This document shows positions 28,501 to 40,353 of a stretch of DNA of 64,000 bases, one piece after another. This stretch comes from Tubulanus polymorphus. Lineage: Eukaryota > Animalia > Nemertea. The notes under the pieces were generated by a model. It searched no databases, was not told where the DNA came from, and saw only the letters and a list, made by a program, of their open reading frames with translations. Numbering within the stretch: the first letter of the stretch is position 1; the number at the start of each line of letters is the position of its first letter. The stretch is taken from positions 4,186,485 to 4,250,484 of the forward strand of contig NC_134027.1 of the NCBI RefSeq assembly GCF_964204645.1, written 5' to 3'. A program made the translations under genes and the position numbers.

Positions 28501-29260
28501 CGGCTTTAGTTATTACTCCAGTTGGCGATATGAAGATTCCAGACCCTGTAGTAATAACAAACTACGTCATACATTTTCTGACAAAAATCTAGTAGATGTA
28601 TAGAAAATGCCTAGTAGTTCTAATATCTGGTGCTCATTACTATTTGATGCTATATATTTCTAATCACTTTGCATATACGTATCTTGGAATACCTACCAAT
28701 CATAGTACCGACAATTAAGGACACACCGCTAATAAGACCAACTTCTTTCTTTAGGGCGATAGGTTCATTTGATTGCAGTTCCTCATTTTTCATGGGTTCT
28801 GATTCAGACTTGAATGGGCGTAGTCGTGTTCCGTTTCCCCCGTTTATATCATTTTGAGACTCGGCATTACAACCTAAGTAATAAATATTTATTAATCCAA
28901 TGTATAAGAATTTAAGGAATTTGTTATGTGATATCGTAAATTATACTCATTATTTATATCAAAAAAGGGAAATATTGTTCTAAATACCGAAAGATTCGTG
29001 ATATATACATATATAATCATTACGCAACTACATCAGTTTCGAATTTTGATAATGCTTATAATAATAATAATAATAATAATAATTTGTTTTCTTATAGAGC
29101 ACACTCCTACGAAGTGTAAAAAGTGCGCTCTACATCAGTATCATACTTATCATTTACATCATCAGGCTATACATCAATTCTGAAACGAATATATCCGTCA
29201 ATTCGCCGGAAAAATACCTTCGTTATCCCGACCACCAGTTTCTGGAAGATCAACAGCCAT
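25570..29260 (-). CDS. SLC7 L-type (heterodimeric light-chain) amino-acid transporter, copy A (spliced)
   Basis: [34 protein letters not shown]|[26 protein letters not shown]|[14 protein letters not shown]|[14 protein letters not shown], ending ..TTSEKAE*. Confidence 0.93.
29058..29135 (-). mobile_element. LINE2/SINE-type 3' tail fragment in SLC7 copy A intron 1
   Basis: The minus strand reads TGTAGAGCGCACT..AGTGTGCTCTATAAG (stem-loop) followed by a (TTA)n tail. It is absent from the same intron of copy B. Confidence 0.55.
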
Positions 29261-30507
29261 CTCAGAACCTAGGAGGTCTCTAGACATCTAGTCACTGATG
29301 ATTCTCAAATCAGTCTGCAGTACTAGTATGGAAAAGTGCCGCGAATGGGCGGGTCCCTAATAAAGGGTCATGCCGGTTATCAAATATTCAACAGCCTCTT
29401 GATTATTCTCATTCTATGTAAATATCTCTCTCTCTCTCGAAAAAAACAAACGTACTTGAAAGTTCAGTGCAAACCATTTTTGACTATATACTGCCAGTTT
29501 TCAAAAGAGAAAAGCGAAATGTCTTATCATAGATAACAAAATTAAAAATGCACACATTAAGAAAGAGAAAGGATGAAAGTTGAAATAAATTTCAGGAAAA
29601 CTTGTATAGCAGGCATGTTTCTGTAGTGAATCTGTGAGCAAAACGACTGTTTTCTTTGTCCCAAGAATTTTTATGCATATGTGTGACATTTACGTACGTG
29701 TGTATGTATACAGGGCTGTCGTTTTTATTCGAGTGTATGGCCGAACTCATTTTAAAAAATACACTTGACTTGAATGGCATGCATTGTATTGGCAAGCGAA
29801 TTACGTTAACTCTTCGATGATCGAATTATTTGTTACGTGGTTCAATCTCCATTTAACGATAGAAACGATAAGAATGAGTTGAGTCTCACAATATATACAT
29901 TTCGATCCTCGACATAACAAGAACAATCTAATCTGTGTTATTTAGAAACGTCTATTGTATTCATGTAAAAACAACATATTATACATATTCGGTTAGAATC
30001 AATGATTAGTATTTTTATTTTTGATCACCAGATCGATGTCATGAAAGCTCACACGTCCATATACACAGATTTTCAAGCGAAGTCATGCATACTTAGTTCA
30101 TTTACTCCAGTTAGCCGCTCGCACCCGACGGTGAATATGACGCGCTGTGACGTTTCATCAAGCACAGTCAATAGAATTTATGCTTCAAAATGTTAAATAT
30201 CACTCATCAAAGTGATTTACTGACATATTTGGTGTATTCGGAACGTGCCCGGAGACTTCAACATTAATCTCTATCAATCTTAACAAATGTTTAATATATT
30301 CCAGTATGGTAATTGATATACATGCAAATATAAAATACAGCCTATATATGTATATATAATTTAGTTGGTCATTTCTTATTCATAGGCGTTAAAAGGAGAG
30401 CTTTCAGTCCAGTTAGACTTTTATTCACCCTTTCTCAAAATTTTTCAAATATATGAGTTTTTTTAATGATATCTTATCCAACAATAACTGAGAGTAAGGT
30501 ATACGCG

Positions 30508-33500
30508 TTATTCGTCCTTTTCAGAAGTTGGAGAGCAATTCATCACCAGTTGAAGGAATGTAGTAACTTTGTCTGAGAAATAAAAAGCAAACATATAACA
30601 CCATATACTAGTAAATGAAGTCAGTTTAGAAGAATACGATTTGGGAGAGATGAAATATTTGAAGATATATTTTTATGAACTCACCACAGCCAGGAATCTG
30701 CAGTTTGAAGTATACGAACGGAACATAAAAGATTATTCCACCGATAACGAATAAGAACGCATACAAAAGTTCAATCTGTGGATCTTGCACAATCGGGGCG
30801 ATGACGAGATATAATGAAATAAGTAGCATGATGACAGCAATAGGAATTGGACACTGAAAATATTACAGAAAACATAGCAACTGATATTGTGCATCTGTTC
30901 TCCTAGAAATTCTCAAAAATATGCATATCAGCGTAAGCATTTCAGCGCGTGTATTATCTAACATTTAAATATAAATGTACTTAGATAAGAACATTGAAAA
31001 CAAACAGATCTTTCCGAATTTCGCACACGTATATTTCAGTCTATCCATACCTTGTAAGGCCTGTGTACATCTTTCATCGTGTATCTGAGAACCAGAAACG
31101 CGATCATTGTCAGACCGTAAAACAACCATGCAGTAAAACTGAAGAAATCGATCAACGTGAAAATATCTCCAGGTATCACCATTATTATTGCAATAATTGT
31201 CTGAAAAATAGATGATGAAGCTTAGAATTTGTATCTGATCATGTCTCACTTCGTTTCCAGCATTAAAAAAATGTTTTCTAAAAACAAAAACATAAGTTGA
31301 AACCCTTTTTACTGGAGAAGCGTTACTTTCATTGGGGAAATTTAACAAACGAAACAATTTCATAATTACTTATGAGGGCCGTGTCTTTTAACGGGCTGAT
31401 TTAGTTGTAAATAAGTCGAAGATTATTCTCCGGTTTATTGCAAAATATCAAGAATATCCATCGTTCAAAAAGTTCATTGAATTTATACAACGAAACCTAG
31501 CGCTTGACAATCATAATCTGAAACGATCACTGAATGATATACATGTAAATGTATATTCACCGTAAATACGAGAGATGGTAACGGTGTGAGTTGTTTTACA
31601 TGAACCATAGATAATATATCCATAAGATGACCCTTTCGTGCTGCAGCGTATATCAATCTAAAAGTGAGAAAACGATTGTAGTCAAATAATGTGTTGAAAA
31701 ACTCAAATAATCTACTGAAAAATATATGAAATAATCAGAACTATAAGAATACATTATAGGTAGAATACGGTTATGAGTAAACTCGAGTGAAATGAAAAAA
31801 GGACCGTCTTACCTGGCTCCGCTAAATGTTGATCCATTACATGCTCCAAATGTTGACATTGCTACTGATAGTGGAATTATCCATACAAATGAGCCAAGAA
31901 CATCTTTTCCCCATGTCTGAATAAAGATGATCAACATTTTCTTATAATTTTGAGAATGATTACAATTAATTAATTATCTTTAGTATATTTCAAGGCATTA
32001 AATCCGAAGGTAACCTAGAGTCCTCCAAACCGTTAGATATCGGATCGGAAACTTACCACAGCAACAGCACTTGATTGTAAAACCTCTTCTTTAGACATGA
32101 CGGAAAAATAAGATACATTGACGAGCAAATAAACAACCGTCACCAGTGGAATTGCTATCATTATAGCACGAGGGAGATTCCTATAAAGAAAAAAACAAGC
32201 AACTCATGGAATCTGACTTGATCGACTCATTTTTTGTCGTAGGGCTATCATAATTCAGTATCTACTGGACTGTTAGGCTTCGTGATTTTTATTCAGAAGA
32301 GCCCTAGGAAATATGTTCACTTACTTTTGTGGATTCTTCATTTCCTCGGTAACATAGTTCAGGTTATTCCTAAATAAAGAAATGACCCAATAATCATGAT
32401 TGTTGTCAACGTTGCAATAAGTGATACACCATGTTGTTTGTTTACCTACCATCCGTCATAGGCCCATAGACCACTGTAGAACGCTAAGGCTATGGATGTA
32501 GGATTAGTACTTGAATCTTTGAAGCCTTCTGCCAAATACTGGGTATTTCCTAAAATATTTATATTCTAACCACTCGTCGAAGAACTCGCCCGTAATAGAA
32601 GTATCCACATACGACATACAAGGACACTCATGACCTAAACTATAATTTGTACTGAATGCAGAATGATTTTTACTGGAAATGATTTGTGAAATATGTGGAA
32701 TTTAAAAAGTGTTATCAAAGTGCATGCTTTTAAAACAAAGGATTCTTTGCTCCACGGCATATGGAGCCATTGCACGCCGTAAACTGGGACTGAGTTCATT
32801 CAACATTTCGTTTTTAAATCACGGTGAGTCAGATAATTTCTCCTTACAATAATGTACTTAATTTTATTAACACACCTTGTGCCAATTTTACAATTCCACC
32901 AACGGCAATGATGATTAATGCAATAAACTTTGCTATCGTGAACACAACTTGCACTCTGGCCGCTAACCTTACACTGTATGCGTTGATAGACGACACTGTC
33001 ACTAAAATAGAGAAAAAATATTCGTAACAAGCATTTGAGAAATAGATCGTAGAAAAACCCAATAAGGAAATACGTTCCTGTCAAATTTCAAGCGTCATTC
33101 AATAGATACTTCTTCCAACGAAACAAACTTACAAATACATGCAATACATATCGACTTCACAATGAACACCGGTGGGCCACAGTCGTCGAAAAATGGCTCA
33201 GAAACGTACGTCGCAAACGCCAGTGCTATCACAGCAAACGACGATGGCTTAAGAACGATAACAGAAATCCAGGAGTACAAAAATGCTGGAATGGGGCCGA
33301 TAAACTTCTGTAGCGGGCCAAACGCGTCGTACAAATATGCGAATTCACATCCTGACCTCGTTATTAAAGTTCCCAGTTCGGCATAAACTAATGAACCTGT
33401 ATATTATAGAAACAAAACTTCACATTATGAATCCATCGATCGAATCTTAAAAAGAGAGTAAGATGATTTCATGAAGTGTCCTGACCCAGCATAGATATGA

Positions 33501-34227
33501 TTCCACATCCAAACCATATACATAAACTCGATCCAACTGAGCCGGCTTTAGTTATTACTCCAGTTGGCGATATGAAAATTCCAGACCCTGTAGTAATTAA
33601 GACAGAAAATAGAGCAATATCTGAATTAAGTACGTCAACAAAAATCCATAGAAATATTAAGAAGTTCTCTACTAGTTATGATAATGAAGTTCAATTGCTC
33701 ATATCACTCATTACTAGTCATTACGTGTATATATATCTTGCAATACCTACCAATCATAGTACCAACAATGAAGGACACACCGCTAATAAGACCAACTTCT
33801 TTCTTTAGGGCAACGGTTTCTTTTGATTGTAGTTCATCATTTTTCATGAGTTCTGATTCAGACGTGAATGGGCGTAGTCGTGTTCCGTTTCCTCCGTTTA
33901 TATCATTTTGAGAGTCAGATTTATAAGCTGCACAATACATACGTATTATCTATTAATCTAATGCATTAGTATATGAATTTTGATTTACAGTGCGCTTTGG
34001 ATGGTATATCTTCAGACGTGGTTTTATTAAGTATACCGATTGCTTAACTCCAAAAAGGTAACGACTGTCTAAAGCCCAAAGCGTTTCTCCGTTGCTGTGT
34101 GCTTTGGGCTTAAAATATCGACGGATTTCTACGCAACTTTCGAATTTCAAAACGAATATATCTCTCAATTCGGTTAAAACATACCTTCATTATCCCGACC
34201 ACCAGTCTCTGGAAGATCAACAGCCAT
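30508..34227 (-). CDS. SLC7 L-type amino-acid transporter, b(0,+)AT/SLC7A9-like, copy B (spliced)
   Basis: Same exon structure as copy A. Has IVLKPSSFA and GLWAYDGW as in b(0,+)AT, and ends ..SPTSEKDE*. Confidence 0.93.
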
Positions 34228-35540
34228 TTCAGAATCCGGATCGTCACTGATGATCCTCAAACCAAGCAATTTGCAGTACTATAGTGGGGAACAGTACTGC
34301 CAATGCGCGGGTCTCTAATAAACGTTGAAACAGGTCGGTAAATATTCAATAGCCTCTGAATAATTTGCGTTCTATGTAAATGGCTCTCTTGAAATGAAGC
34401 GTACATAGAAAGTTCAGCGCAAACTATTGTTTACCATAAAAACCGAAAAAGAAAATAGGTCTAATTTTAGATTACAAAATCAAGGTATATATAGTGAATA
34501 AATCATAAACATGATTAAAGAGAGACGAACGTTTTAAGACATTCGATGAATATATATCTGTATAGCAGTCACTTTTCTGTGAATTTTCAAGCAATTTCGC
34601 TGTCATACGGTTCTTCGAAATAAGAAGTATTTAAGTTTTTACAACTTTGACTTCTTGAAACTCTATGTCTCTTTATTCAACGTTTTAAACCCAAACGTTG
34701 AGAAAATATCGCATACAACCAATTTGAAACACTGTACCACATTAATAAATTCGAAAACATTAGAAAAATTACCCGACTCATTCGAGCGACCATATGAATA
34801 TTTTCAATCATATTTTTTCCATCAGACAACCAACTCTCTCTACTTTTGAGTGATTAATGTGACGATTGTTAAACTATTATAACCTGTTTTAGAATCTCCT
34901 TCCTTTTCACAAATATTGCATTTGTGAATCTTGAAGAATGGTGTCTTGTGCAGACGGAGAAAAGCGATAGTCGAAACGAATAAGGCGCGCGTTGAAGTCC
35001 GCCAAACACTGCGACTACGTGCGACCAGAAGAGACTCGGGCCTATCGTTGGAACCATCGTTTTGATTTGCTAAAAACTTATGATTCAGTGTATTGTAGTT
35101 TTGCGTTAGTTAAGAGAACCATAAAATTAAGATCCCTAGATTTATTTTGTAAAATCATGAACCTAAGAGTGCCCCCCAGTGTTCGGCCGCGGGGCCGCGT
35201 TATGTTTGGCCGGCCGTCGTTTATCTGAAAAAATTTCGCAGTGAGGCAAGGGCAATGTTACTGAATCCGATTGTGCCGATTGGAAGAAGTACAGGTGGGG
35301 GCAGTTACTGGGGTTTGTGGGGTTTCGAGTCCTGGGCTCCGACCGATGGTCGACATTAAAATCGATTCCGATTCCCATTCCGCGTATTACTTTCTACTGG
35401 GTTTGGTCGACTCTTGATCCGTATTTTAGCGCAATCTATTCTATTAGTCACATGATGAAAATATGGCGAATGTTATGATGTTTCGACGTTACACGTCAAC
35501 TTTAGTAATGATAAATTGAAGAGAGGCGTCTTATTTTAAA

Positions 35541-36086
35541 ATGGGCCGTAAAGATGCCACTTCGGTGGGGGCAGCAAACGCTTCACGCAAAGACACAAAG
35601 CTCATGCCCGTTGACAGTTACAGGAAAAAGATAGGTTCGAAATAGAACAAAGTCTACGGACTAAAGTGGCATCCTTTTTTTTTATAAAAAGTGGCATCCT
35701 TTTTTATAAAGTAAAACCCCGGCCTGAAAGTCTACTTTTGAATGAGGATTAACGTGAATGTCTTTTTTATCCAGGGAAACAAGATTATATGAAAAGTAAG
35801 AAAGAGATGAAAGCCATGAAAAAGAGAAAAGAAGCTAAAGAATCATCCATGAAAATATTGGTAATTGATATATATTATATATTATATTATATATATTAAT
35901 TGATAAGTTATGCATCTTTTATCTGTGCTAGTGAGCTAGCTGCTAAATAGATGTTGTTACTCATTTTAGGATGTTCTGTGGGTGCTGCTGGCATTTCTAG
36001 CTACAATAGCTGGAGTGTATTGCTTCTTGTATTTATATCTTACTCCGTCTCAAGGAAAGGAAATTCCAGTTCATGAAAAAACATAA
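35541..36086 (+). CDS. TRIQK: Triple QxxK/R motif-containing small membrane protein. Exons 35541-35634, 35775-35860, 35970-36086
   Basis: MGRKDATSVGAANASRKDTKLMPVDSYRKKI|GKQDYMKSKKEMKAMKKRKEAKESSMKIL|DVLWVLLAFLATIAGVYCFLYLYLT.. aligns with vertebrate TRIQK (MGRKDA..LPVDQYRKQIGKQDYKK..TM). Splice phases fit. Confidence 0.9.
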
Positions 36087-36936
36087 TGATGTTTTTTCAG
36101 TAAGAAAGAACTTCGTAAATGATGTCTTGAACGACATATCTTGAAAGGTTACTGGCAATGCTTGGAATTTTCTGCATCCAAATGTCTTAATATTAATTGC
36201 CTCTCCGAACTGTAGTTATTGAAATGCGTGTTAAAAATATCGTGGGACCAAAAACTGTAAAATAGTTGTGAAAACTGCTGATAAAAACATCTGTGCATCA
36301 CATAATTTTAATTGTTGCAGGTGCTATGAACTACTTAGGTTTATATCAGGAATGAAATGCCTGTTTATTGCTCAAGTTATTAAACTTATTACTGGCAGCA
36401 TCCAGAAAAAAACGTGCCTTAGGTTTTATTGATCAATTAAAATAAATATTTGTTTTGTGCATTAGGCAACTTCAGTGTTATTATGTGGTCACACACTTCT
36501 TCATGGTGTTTTTGTTTTCATCCATGAAAGTAGTTTTATTGCAAAAATGAGAATAATAAATGCAAGGTTATCTTCATTAATCAGTTGTTTTTCAAATTCT
36601 ATGGAAGAATATTTCTCGTTTTGTTTTAATATCTCACTTTTATCCGTGTGATGAACTGGCCTCGTTGCCAACAGATTTTCATCAAGATGAATCAACAAGG
36701 CTTCCCTAAACAATTGCTAGCATATACCGCCAATTGAAAAAATAAATTACCAATGTACTAATCATTGTGGTTAAACTAATAATGTGTTTATTACAGTGTA
36801 CTCATATCATAGCATGTTACATTGAATAAAATATCTACAAATTGTTTGTAACAAGTCGACCAAGCCATAGTGTCTATGTTACTGAAAATCTACAAAAAAC
36901 ATCACATGCCAAAATAGCCAAGGAAAACAGATACTA

Positions 36937-37112
36937 CAGTGGAACCTCGTTATAACGAACTCGGATACAACGATTCATCGGATATAACAAAATATAGAAA
37001 TTTGTCCCAAGTAAGAACATTTTAATTAATTTCATACTGGATATAATGAACTTTCGGTAATAACGAACATATTTTCTGGTCCCGTGAAGTTCGTTGTAAC
37101 GAGGTTCCACTG
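36937..37112. mobile_element. Tc1/mariner (pogo/Tigger-like) MITE
   Basis: TIRs CAGTGGAACCTCGTTATAACGAAC / GTTCGTTGTAACGAGGTTCCACTG with TA target duplication at 36935-36936 and 37113-37114. Confidence 0.9.
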
Positions 37113-40100
37113 TAACTCCTGCCGTCAACTAATTACAAGAAATATTGATTTTCAAAATGTGCAGTCCACAGGAGAAATAAATATATATGTATCACAGACT
37201 GGTTTTACACTAAGAAAAACAAATTTTAGAACACAGTGAAGAAACTAGTATCTTGCACTTTACACCACGGCTTTAAAAACAATCTGAATTTTTAACATGA
37301 GGTATATAATTTTAAATCAAAAAGTATATGAAATTTGTATGGTTCTGGATAAAAGCACAATTTGTACACAACATCATGTTGTTTCTGCAAATCATCGCTA
37401 GTCGTCATAAAATGTGTTTGTAGCTACTTTATAAACAGACAAGCCTAATAGGTAATGTTGTTTAAGCATGGGCTTTAAAGAGTCCATGGTTTTATTAAAT
37501 TCTTAAAATTCTTATGCATCACAGTCAATTGATAGCTATAACTGCTATAATGACAGCTTCATAAATTGCATACCACTTGACCAATCAGATCTAGTAATAC
37601 GAAATCACTTACAGATATGAATGTCACATAACACAAGTTTCGGGTTGATTAAGTCTCCTGGCCAGTAGGATTTCTCAAGTTATAGGAAACTACCTGTCTA
37701 TGATATTAACGAAGGTGTCTTCAAATTATCAGTAGTTTGGCAGAATGAACAAAGGCAATAACAATACATGTAGCAACATAGACATGAATGTAGACATATT
37801 ATAGATGTGTACATAAACCATGCAATTGTTTACATTTATAGTATTTTTATGAAATTACAATATAACAATGGAAGTATATTTACACACGAGTGTACACTCA
37901 AATTTTACAGACACTCACTTTAAGACAAAGGAATTCATACTTTACTATTAAATATATGGAAAATATGTCATGCAAATTATTCGTCACATATTATTCTAAG
38001 AAAATGTAGAATGAATGAAATATTTTGGCAATAACTACGCTCAATACATTTGGATAAGATACAATATAATTCATTAGTTAGATCTTCCCTTGGTGCATTT
38101 ATAACTCAATATCTTGACATAAGAAAACTCATTTTGAATCAGCGCATTGTAGCAACTAATCAAGTATAAGTGAGCTTTTGATTGATTTGTTATAAAAGAC
38201 TTTAGAATGGATGGATTTTCAATATATCTCATTATGGTATTATAGTTGTGATCATGTATGTATGTTGATGTACCAACATCATCTGGATGGACAAATTGCA
38301 TTTTTATGGATGGACTATTAAAAGCCAGCACTAAATACTCTGCATTACTAAATTTGTCTGAGGATGGATTCATTATTTCACAAGTTTGTCAATGTTATCA
38401 GCAATTTACACACTTTAAAAAGGGTTTTAAAAAGATTCACATTTAAAAAGGAGGCATGACATGTATCTTAGTCGAGCATCATTTTGAGTCTATCAGAGAA
38501 AAATGATAATCAACTTTTGAATAATAAAATCAATAACTAATCACTATAAAAATAGTAAGTCAATCTTTAAGTAAACAGCTGATTATGCATTTAAATGGAC
38601 GGTATTTGATATTCATAAGTAGTTGTAATTGTATAATCATTTTCAGTTACAAATAGATTATAAACAATGAACCCAGGTCACACCACTATTTCATTGACAG
38701 GGTGCTTCATTACATTTAGATTAAGGCTCATCGAAATTTAAATTTCTGGTTCAAAAGTGTGACTAAATTTATAATCATTTTCTAATGTAAAATATACACT
38801 ATCTACACAGCATGGTTGACTTATCAGAAACAAACTGAAGACCACTGGCAATGAAAGATCTTATCTGAATGCCTAATCCCATAAAATCCAACAATGAAAC
38901 TGGGTTTCTACATTCCCATTGACCAAGTTGTTACATAATAATAGAAAAAACTATAGATTATCCGATTTCGGCATAGAAAGCAAATCTCCTTTCTTGTTGG
39001 ACAGACTATCATATAGATACACAGCAATTTAATATTTTAATCAGTTTAGCTCAGATGGTTCACTAATATAACTAAAACAACGGCATATTATCACGTAAAT
39101 ATACATCGATAATGATAAGATGATGATGACGATGGCAAAAAACAATGAGTGTTTAATAATTTATATACGATATGATATATAAACCTGACGAAGATATAAT
39201 ATCAGAGATGCATGAAGAATCAGATATAATGTCGTCGTCTCTTTCAACATAAACAAAACAAGTCAACAATAAATACATGTACACAGTAATCCAGCACGCA
39301 GCATATGTACAGGCTGCCATGTAAAAATATCACAAAAACACCTCTTAAACGTTGTTATTATGAGCACTCAGCTAAATTGAAGTGTGAAAATAGAATCAAA
39401 ATCACACAATAAGCTGTTTTTGTGTAAAAGGTTGAGGAGATCACACTATTAGCACAGGCAGTCAGTTGTCCATTTTAACAAGTTTAACCCCCTTTTCTAA
39501 TATCTAAGTGATAACAAGTCAAATGGTTCAACTATTAGAAACCATTGCTAATAGTAATCGCTGATATTCCAGTTGTGATTTTTGGCGGTTGTATAACTGA
39601 TCATAGTCAAGTGAAGGAAAGTTTATTAACCGTGTCAATTAGTACATGATATAATGCAGTACTGATAGTTCATTCAACTTATTGAACATGCCAGTAGGTA
39701 TTAAGTCAAAAATCAACAGTTGACAACCAGTTTTTATACATGTAGGTGGCAGCACCCTGTCACTGTATTGTATAGAGAAAACCACTCCTGAATGGTTCAA
39801 GAATAACTACAGGATAGCCTTTATAAATAGATTCATTCAAATCAGATTTCTTTTTGAGCTGATATCTCTAAAACTTTGTATGAACATAGTGACGAATACC
39901 CCGCCTTGTATTATTGAGGATATAATACCCCAGTTGCATTAAATAAATCGAAGTTTGTTTGAATGTTTTAAACATGAAAACTGACTGAAACAAAACTAAC
40001 GCAGCGTTGCCAATCACAGTCTAAACAATCTCCAATCCAACAGCTAAATTCATCTTGAAATCCAGTTGACTTGTTATCACGTATCTGTGAGGTTAAATGC

Positions 40101-40353
40101 TAACAAAAGACAATTGCTATAAACCTGAGGAGATCCAACTGGACTTAGCGAGTGCTTAATAACGCTTTAATAAAATGGAGGAGGACAGACCAACGAAACA
40201 TGGAAATATCGTTTTCAAAAATCCTGAAGCTTCAATACTGAAATAGGTGTTTGTTGATCATCCAATCTCTATACAACGTACGAATTATTGAAATCCGTAC
40301 CGTCTTCATCAAGTCCATAAAGAGTCTCAATAATTCACTAACAACTTCAACAC

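Noticed and set aside
35160-35320. RNase MRP, RNase P or telomerase RNA assignment for the GC-rich island
   Set aside because: Only a superficial CR-V-like match on the minus strand; there is no GAAAGUCCCC CR-I and no telomeric template.
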